Of a stretch of DNA of 14,945 nt, positions 8,185-14,025 are shown piece after piece. The notes beneath the pieces are model-generated. The model saw only the letters and a list, made by a program, of their open reading frames with translations, was not told where the DNA came from and did not search any database. The position numbers were made by a program, and so were the translations under genes. Source of the DNA: Promethearchaeota archaeon (lineage in GTDB: Archaea > Asgardarchaeota > Lokiarchaeia > Sigyniarchaeales > SOKP01); contig RDOE01000078.1 of the NCBI GenBank assembly GCA_011364975.1, forward strand, positions 1 to 14,945, in the 5' to 3' direction. Each line of letters starts with the position of its first letter. The first letter of the stretch is position 1.

Positions 8185-8381
8185 TCATATTCATAAGAAT
8201 AGAAAAAATATATGCTAATCCTATTTTGTTTCATAATCATAGTTTTAATATATTTGTTATTAACTCTATAAAATTCATTAGTTAGTAGATAAATATAATT
8301 ATAGGTAATATTAACCCAAAATATCTAAAAGCATTAATGGGACATCAAAAATTCTCTCAATAATCGAAACATTTTTCCTTA

Positions 8382-9941
8382 TTATAATATACTTTTAAAT
8401 ATCTCACGTTTCTTAAGCATATATTTTATTTGTTCTTTCAACGGGGCTAAATTTGCTAATTCTACTATACTTTTATCTGAATCCTTTAAATATGACCATT
8501 TATTCTTTTGCGTTAAAATATTTTTCTGTTCTATTGATAATCTCTCAATTAATTGATTCAAGCCATGTTTCTCGGCAATTTTTTGAGCATTGGTTAATGC
8601 TTCTTGAGCTTTAATCAAATCTAAAGTTATTAGATCAAGTTTTATTTCTAATAAATAAGATTCAACCAATAGCCAGTGCGATTTTTGATTAATAGCATAA
8701 TCTAAGATTTGATTAATATATAAGCGTATCTGATCTAACAATTCCAAATTATTAGTATTTTGTAATTCGACTAGTAATATATCACAAAGATTAAGTAAAG
8801 CTCTGATTGATGTTTCAAAAAGAAAGGGAATTTTTTTTCGCACTATTTCCTTAAATAATTCGCTAGCTTTAATTTGATCACTTTTCAGTGAACTTGATTT
8901 CAAGATTAAAGCCTTATTGTAAAGATAAATAAGATTTACATTTTCATTACTTTCTTGATTATTAATCTTTTCTAAATCCTGGAAATAAATCTGCGCTCGG
9001 GTAATATCATTTATTTCAATGGCAATTTGGATTGCTGTATCTAAAGTAGAGATTTTTAAGGGTTCAATGTTAATACTTTTATCTATTTCTAAAGACTTTT
9101 CTATGTACTCTAAAGCTCGTACAAAATCTCCTTTTATTTGATATAAACCACTTAAATTATTAAAAAGCCCCCCAATCACCAACCGATTTTTAATCTTTTT
9201 AAAAATTACTAAACTCTTTTCGCAATATTCTAAACTTTTGTCTATATTACCTCTATAAAAATTTATTCCACTAATAGTATTGTAACATAGCCCTACGTAG
9301 AACATATTCTTGCTCTCTATTGCAATTTTTAAACTACGCTCCACAAGTTTTAATCCACGATCAAGCTCACCATCATAAACAAGAAAACGTCCAGTACTAT
9401 AAAGAGACTCTGCAAGTTCTTGCTTATTATCTACTCTCTCTCGTAGAGCTATGCTTCCTTCTAAATAATCGAAAGCTTTGATCGAATCACCTTCATGAAA
9501 GGATACTAAACCTTGACAATAGAGTAAGTGAGCCTTCTTACCTATAAGAAATGATAATGAATCTTGGGGAATTGTTTTGAATAATTTTTCTATTTCTAAA
9601 ATAATTTTGATAACTTTATCATGTTTGTATTGATAAGTATAAATATGAGTGAGTAAAATTAGCGCATCTATTAACTGGAGGGTGTAATCATAAGATTTAG
9701 CTAAGTTATACATTACTTCAATTGTTTTAATTGCCTCATCATATCTTCCCTGCCAAATTAAAAGTTGTCCTTTTAAGTGATAACAGCTTAACTTATCGTA
9801 ATGTTGGATTCCAATCTTCTTCTCAAAGAAATCTAATAGTTCGAGGGCTTTATCATACTCTCCCTCTTCAATGAAATTTTCTACTTGAACAAATTCTTTA
9901 GGTTTAGCGTCTCTCCTTATTTTCTTCGCCCCTATTATCAT
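8382..9941 (-). CDS. Tetratricopeptide-repeat protein (long ~40-aa TPR units), paralogue of 11805-13364
   Basis: Repeats GRYDEAI, GDSIKAFDYLEGSI, GELDRGLKLVERSL, GNIDKSLEYCEKSL and GDFVRALEYIEKSL. The C-terminal block ALLNLCDILLVEL..ESYLLEIKL..AQKIAEKHG..W..LK..LA.LKEQI is shared with the second TPR protein. Confidence 0.9.
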   Translation of the reverse strand: MIIGAKKIRRDAKPKEFVQVENFIEEGEYDKALELLDFFEKKIGIQHYDKLSCYHLKGQLLIWQGRYDEAIKTIEVMYNLAKSYDYTLQLIDALILLTHIYTYQYKHDKVIKIILEIEKLFKTIPQDSLSFLIGKKAHLLYCQGLVSFHEGDSIKAFDYLEGSIALRERVDNKQELAESLYSTGRFLVYDGELDRGLKLVERSLKIAIESKNMFYVGLCYNTISGINFYRGNIDKSLEYCEKSLVIFKKIKNRLVIGGLFNNLSGLYQIKGDFVRALEYIEKSLEIDKSINIEPLKISTLDTAIQIAIEINDITRAQIYFQDLEKINNQESNENVNLIYLYNKALILKSSSLKSDQIKASELFKEIVRKKIPFLFETSIRALLNLCDILLVELQNTNNLELLDQIRLYINQILDYAINQKSHWLLVESYLLEIKLDLITLDLIKAQEALTNAQKIAEKHGLNQLIERLSIEQKNILTQKNKWSYLKDSDKSIVELANLAPLKEQIKYMLKKREIFKSIL

Positions 9942-10098
9942 AATTAGAATGATTAAAGTAGAATATCTTTGACAATTAATATATTTTACAATTATGTTAA
10001 AGATAATATCATCAACTATTTAAATATAATAAGCATATCAAAAATGTTTCTTGCTTTTTATAAAGATAACCAAAAACTTGATTAAATTAATTTTTTTA

Positions 10099-10887
10099 TT
10101 ATTCTTCTTTTTTATACAATTTTAGTAGGGCTATTAAAGGAATTAAGGAATCAAAATAGACAAAAGCGCTGTCCGCATCTAATTTCTGTTCCATAATTAA
10201 TTTTTTCAATTTTAATATATACTCTAAACGTAGATCATAAAATTGCTTAAACCGTTTTTTATCTAAAAACACAAAATTGAATTCTGGTTCATTTATTCCT
10301 GATAAAAACTCTTTATAGATCTCTTTAGCTTTTTCAATATCTTCCAAGTGGTCATCAAGATGATTTAGTGAAGAACTCAAGTAATTCACCAACCTAATAA
10401 CGTTATATATTGCACTTTTATAGGTTTGGATTTCCGAAAGTAAGAAATCATGAAGTTCATGTGGATCCGAAGGGATTTTCATAAATTCTTTTTGAATTTC
10501 TTCTTCCTTTTGAAATCTATCACTAATCCGATAGTATTTTGGAGGTATTCTTTCTCGTTCGCCTACTTTTTTTTTCCCTCGCTTAGATTCTAAAAGTCCA
10601 TCACTTTCCATGGCTCTTAATATTCTAGATACTGTAGATTTGCTTTGTTTTAAATAATTACTTATCTGAGAGACATTTAATTCATGATATAAATTAAGAA
10701 ACATCCAAATATCATAACGTGCTGTATGTTTAGATATTAAAGATTCCCAATTCTTTCCTAAATAAAGATTACCATAATAATTTTGTTTAATCGATAAATC
10801 CCCTGAATTAAATTCTGTTGAATCAATAATTTCTTTATTATATTTTTCTGGTTCGGCATTTTGGTTGTCTTTCATTAAATATATCAA
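10099..10887 (-). CDS. Winged helix-turn-helix (ArsR/MarR-like) transcriptional regulator with long helical C-terminal domain
   Basis: RYDIWMFLNLYHELNVSQISNYLKQSKSTVSRILRAMESDGLLES followed by a wing ending PKYYRIS. The start may be ATG 10875 rather than TTG 10887. Confidence 0.87.
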   Translation of the reverse strand: MIYLMKDNQNAEPEKYNKEIIDSTEFNSGDLSIKQNYYGNLYLGKNWESLISKHTARYDIWMFLNLYHELNVSQISNYLKQSKSTVSRILRAMESDGLLESKRGKKKVGERERIPPKYYRISDRFQKEEEIQKEFMKIPSDPHELHDFLLSEIQTYKSAIYNVIRLVNYLSSSLNHLDDHLEDIEKAKEIYKEFLSGINEPEFNFVFLDKKRFKQFYDLRLEYILKLKKLIMEQKLDADSAFVYFDSLIPLIALLKLYKKEE

Positions 10888-10905
10888 CTTAACCTTTAAT
10901 ATATG

Positions 10906-10914
10906 CTTATAAAA
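10906..10914 (-). promoter_or_regulatory. Putative TATA box for the wHTH gene
   Basis: TTTTATAAG on the minus strand, about 18 nt before TTG 10887 and 30 nt before ATG 10875. Confidence 0.45.
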
Positions 10915-10976
10915 CTAGTTATATTTTTTTTTCCTAAAATTATGCTATCTATATATAGTAATTAGTGATGGCAAAA

Positions 10977-10984
10977 TTTAAATA
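10977..10984 (+). promoter_or_regulatory. Putative BRE/TATA box (GGCAAAA-TTTAAATA) for the secreted protein gene
   Basis: Canonical TTTAAATA preceded by a purine-rich BRE-like stretch; it overlaps the first operator-like box by 3 nt. Confidence 0.6.
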
Positions 10985-11054
10985 TGAGTGTGTCCCATTA
11001 TTCATTAGTAATGGGACAGTGCCAACATACATCTCATATAGGACTGTACCATTA
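10982..11054. promoter_or_regulatory. Array of three pseudo-palindromic 19-bp operator-like boxes at a 27-bp period (consensus TAATGGGACWGTCCCATTA)
   Basis: 10982-11000 ATATGAGTGTGTCCCATTA; 11009-11027 TAATGGGACAGTGCCAACA; 11036-11054 ATATAGGACTGTACCATTA; both spacers are 8 bp. Includes the perfect inverted repeat TGTCCCATTA (10991-11000) / TAATGGGACA (11009-11018). Confidence 0.72.
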
Positions 11055-11116
11055 TAATTAGAAATCTATCCAAAAAAGAGAGTCTTAATAATTTAAAATC
11101 AATAAAAATAAGAATA

Positions 11117-11122
11117 GGGTGA
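11117..11122 (+). promoter_or_regulatory. Shine-Dalgarno-like GGGTGA
   Basis: 7 nt upstream of the ATG at 11130. Confidence 0.65.
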
Positions 11123-11129
11123 AATCTCA

Positions 11130-11672
11130 ATGAAAAAATTAAATTCTGCAAGAACTACCCTTTTATTTGCTGCATTAGGTCTATTAGCCTTAATTTTTAT
11201 TCCCCAAGCTAGCGCTGGTATTCCTCCATTTATCCCACAAGGTCAGATGGGAAATAATCTTATACTTCCTACATTTGTAGGTGAATGGTGGCCGTTTAGC
11301 ACTTCAGAAAACCTCTTTTTTGCTTTCGGCTGGGCATCAACTGAAGAAGAAATTGAAAATGATTGGACTCCGAAACAGCCATGGGAAGTAAAACTCTTTA
11401 TTAATAATGAGGAGATTGTATTACGAAGATACGATATCTTTGTTAAAGATGAAGATGGATTTATAAAAAACTCTGTTTGGTATTACATATTTGGTCCAGA
11501 TTATTTTACACCAAATGGAGAATACCTCTTAAGATGGGAATTTTGGGTTAGGAGACCATACCAAGGAGATGGTAAGAACTATTGGAGGATATTCGTGGAT
11601 TATGGAGGTTATGTTTTTGGAGTTCCCGGAACTGTGGCTTGCTTTGAATATTATTTAAATATTGTTGAATAA
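11130..11672 (+). CDS. Secreted aromatic-rich hypothetical protein
   Basis: Sec-type signal MKKLNSARTTLLFAALGLLALIFIPQASA|G (AxA cleavage site). The mature ~151 aa has 9 Trp, many Tyr/Phe and beta-strand-like segments, and no C-terminal TM. SD present. Confidence 0.85.
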   Translation: MKKLNSARTTLLFAALGLLALIFIPQASAGIPPFIPQGQMGNNLILPTFVGEWWPFSTSENLFFAFGWASTEEEIENDWTPKQPWEVKLFINNEEIVLRRYDIFVKDEDGFIKNSVWYYIFGPDYFTPNGEYLLRWEFWVRRPYQGDGKNYWRIFVDYGGYVFGVPGTVACFEYYLNIVE

Positions 11673-11709
11673 CAATTTAATAAATTATTTAATCAATAAA
11701 ATTAATTAA

Positions 11710-11774
11710 AAGTAGCAAAAAGTATAGTAAAAATGTTTTTAAGAAGATGAAAATTTGCTACTTATTTTTTTTTT
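11710..11774 (+). terminator. Probable terminator between convergent genes (10-bp inverted repeat plus T10)
   Basis: AAGTAGCAAA (11710-11719) and TTTGCTACTT (11754-11763) are perfect reverse complements, followed by T10 at 11765-11774. Confidence 0.5.
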
Positions 11775-11804
11775 ACCTTATAAATTAGCAAGAAATACTT
11801 TCCT

Positions 11805-13364
11805 TCATTTTTGTTGTTTTTTATCTTTTGCTGCAATTTTTATATCATCAAATTCCTGCTCATAGAATTTAACTGGTTTTGTATAATCAATTGGAGATTC
11901 ACAGATCCAACATACATTTTCCAAACCAGTCAATGCTCGAGCACAGTTGTCGCAATATATTGCACCGCAATCACATATATATGTGAACTTTAGTGCTTCT
12001 CCCCTACATACTACACAGATTTTCAACTCTTTATGAATTGCTACTTTTTCTTCAGTAATAAATGCTGGGAGAATGACCCGTTTCTCATCAAGCTCTTCAA
12101 TTTGTTCATGTAACCTCGCTAATTTTATACGTTCAGCCATCGATGCGCCAGTATCTTTTAATTGCTCCCATGTGCTTGATTTTTTATGCAAAGTTGATTG
12201 CTCGATCATAATTCTCTCCACCATCTCTTTATTCCCAAACCTTTCAGCTATTTGTTTTGCCTGAGTTAAAAATCTTTTAGCCTTTAGATTATCAAAGGTT
12301 AACAAAGAAATTTTTGCTTGTAATAAGTATACTTCCGGTATAATAACGGAGGATTGTTGATGTTCTGCGAGTTCTAATAACTTCTGAATGTAGGGTTGAA
12401 TCTCATTTAGTATTTCGGGATCATCAGTTAAATGAAGCTCAATCAGCAATAAATCACATAACTGAATGAGTGCTGCGATCCTGCCCTCAAACGTGGCAGA
12501 ATCATCAAAAGCAACTCTTTTGAAGATATCTTCCGATTCAATTCTTTTCCTTGCTCGTAGACTCGATTTTAAAAGCAAAGCCTTATACATATCATAAATC
12601 TCATTGTATATTTTATTATTATATTTTTCTTTCAGTTCACCGAGATTTTCAAAATAAACTTGTGCTTCTTTATAGTTTCCCTTCCTAATGTAAATTTCAA
12701 TCAAATTTCCTAATGGAAAGGCCAATAAGGGTTCGTAACCAACCCTTAGAGCTTCTTTAAGATATTTTATCGCGTTATCATACTCTTTCAGAGAAAAATA
12801 ATTAAAACCAAGGTTATTAAGACTAGCAGAAATCAATATAATATTGTGTGTATCCTTAACAAGCTCATACGCCTTTTTATTAAATTTTAAAGAACCTTGA
12901 ACATCACCATTAAAAATATTCAGATTTGCTTTTATCCTCGCTAAGAAAGATTCCCTTTCTCTTAAATCTAGTGAACAATCTTTCTTAATCTTACTTAAAA
13001 GAATCTCTGCTTGTTCAATTAAGGCTTCACTTTCATTAATCTTTCCCAGCATAGCAAGTGAACTTGCTTGAATAAGTAAAATATCATATGAGGAGATTAA
13101 ATCTTCTTCCTTTTTAAATTGCTGAAATAATCCGTCAGCACAATCAATAGCTTTTAAATATTCCCCCAATTTCGAAAAGATATCCGCTTTGAGAAGCCTT
13201 ATTAAAAGTGCTGCTCTATGTGAATATTTAGCTGATTTTTCTAGTTCAGAAACAATTAGGAGAGCTTCCTTTAACTGACCTTGATTTACTAAATTTTTAA
13301 TTTTTTCTAAATCTTGTATTATGTAACGTTGTTCAGGTGCTTTTTGTTTATCATCTTTCACCAA
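11805..13364 (-). CDS. TPR protein with C-terminal C4C4 RING-like zinc finger (candidate E3 ligase)
   Basis: TPR units GEYLKAI, GDVQGSLKF, NNLGFNYFSLKEYDNAIKYLKEAL and GNYKEAQVYF. C-terminal CVVC-x10-CDC-x4-CDNC-x10-CWIC at 12017-11901. Start is TTG 13364 or GTG 13361. Confidence 0.88.
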   Translation of the reverse strand: MVKDDKQKAPEQRYIIQDLEKIKNLVNQGQLKEALLIVSELEKSAKYSHRAALLIRLLKADIFSKLGEYLKAIDCADGLFQQFKKEEDLISSYDILLIQASSLAMLGKINESEALIEQAEILLSKIKKDCSLDLRERESFLARIKANLNIFNGDVQGSLKFNKKAYELVKDTHNIILISASLNNLGFNYFSLKEYDNAIKYLKEALRVGYEPLLAFPLGNLIEIYIRKGNYKEAQVYFENLGELKEKYNNKIYNEIYDMYKALLLKSSLRARKRIESEDIFKRVAFDDSATFEGRIAALIQLCDLLLIELHLTDDPEILNEIQPYIQKLLELAEHQQSSVIIPEVYLLQAKISLLTFDNLKAKRFLTQAKQIAERFGNKEMVERIMIEQSTLHKKSSTWEQLKDTGASMAERIKLARLHEQIEELDEKRVILPAFITEEKVAIHKELKICVVCRGEALKFTYICDCGAIYCDNCARALTGLENVCWICESPIDYTKPVKFYEQEFDDIKIAAKDKKQQK

Positions 13365-13411
13365 TTCAGGTCACTTCTTAGTTTTTGTTTTGATATTTTC
13401 TTCTCTTGCAT
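13358..13411 (-). CDS. Possible 17-aa upstream ORF (MQEKKISKQKLRSDLNW) overlapping the TPR-RING start
   Basis: ATG at 13411-13409 with GGTG 9 nt upstream. Its TGA (13360-13358) overlaps the GTG (13361-13359) of the TPR-RING gene as GTGA. Confidence 0.25.
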   Translation of the reverse strand: MQEKKISKQKLRSDLNW

Positions 13412-13736
13412 TGTTATTTGCACCAGTTTTTACTCTCTAATATAAATTTTTAACTGGGTTTGAATGTGATCCTCTCCAGCTTTTTTGAGATTAGCATCAT
13501 TAATTTAAAAAACTAAATTTTCTTCTAGAATTAATTCTTCTAGTTTCTATTGACATCTTATCTTTTTCGTATGCACGTAAAAACATTTTAAAGAAAAATG
13601 AAATTAGCAGTAATCGGATTTAAGAATATAATAAAATATATGATTAACAACTATATAAATATGATAAGCTAGAATTTAGGCTAATTATATCTATAATAAG
13701 GATAAAAAAATAAAATTAGAGTTTATAATTTTTGCT

Positions 13737-13976
13737 TTACTTTACAGCTTCAAAATAAATATACCACTGTTCTTCATCGTCGAGATATTCTGTCCCCAAA
13801 TGTTTATGCTTTGTTTGCTTAGCTAAATCTCTAGGAACACTCTCAGATGCTGGCTTATAGTCCGTAATTACCTTTAGGACTGTCCCAGGGCGCATTTTCA
13901 TTAATTCTTTTTTTGCTTTAAGTGCCGGAACAGGACAAACTAATCCACATACATTTAATTCTTGATCAAATTTCAT
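13737..13976 (-). CDS. tusA: TusA/SirA-family sulfur carrier protein
   Basis: 79 aa; LNVCGLVCPVPALKAKKELMKMRPGTVLKVITD contains the CPxP motif and the G.VL.V.TD segment typical of the family. Confidence 0.92.
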   Translation of the reverse strand: MKFDQELNVCGLVCPVPALKAKKELMKMRPGTVLKVITDYKPASESVPRDLAKQTKHKHLGTEYLDDEEQWYIYFEAVK

Positions 13977-13985
13977 GGTTTTATT

Positions 13986-13991
13986 CTCCTC
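13986..13991 (-). promoter_or_regulatory. Shine-Dalgarno GAGGAG for tusA
   Basis: 9 nt before ATG 13976, inside the 49-nt gap after the upstream oxidoreductase, consistent with co-transcription. Confidence 0.6.
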
Positions 13992-14025
13992 AAATTAATT
14001 TTATTAATAAATATAAAAATGGTTT

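Noticed and set aside
10982-11054. Periodic repeats as a mini-CRISPR array
   Set aside because: Units are degenerate 19-mers with only 8-bp spacers, sit on a promoter, and no cas gene is present.
11811-12264. 60-aa and 63-aa plus-strand ORFs
   Set aside because: Antisense shadows of the TPR-RING gene; no SD or recognisable motif.
8382-13364. Both TPR ORFs are exactly 519 aa (1560 nt)
   Set aside because: Coincidence: one has extra TPR units, the other a RING tail, the sequences are highly diverged and the start codons are uncertain.
13441-13590. Short minus-strand ORF fragments (e.g. MFLRAYEKDKMSIETRRINSRRKFSFLN) as a pseudogene
   Set aside because: No recognisable homology; such lengths are expected by chance.
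13598-13672. 24-aa plus-strand ORF starting MKLAVIGF (Rossmann-like opening)
   Set aside because: No GxGxxG follows, there is no SD, and the remainder is low-complexity AT-rich sequence.
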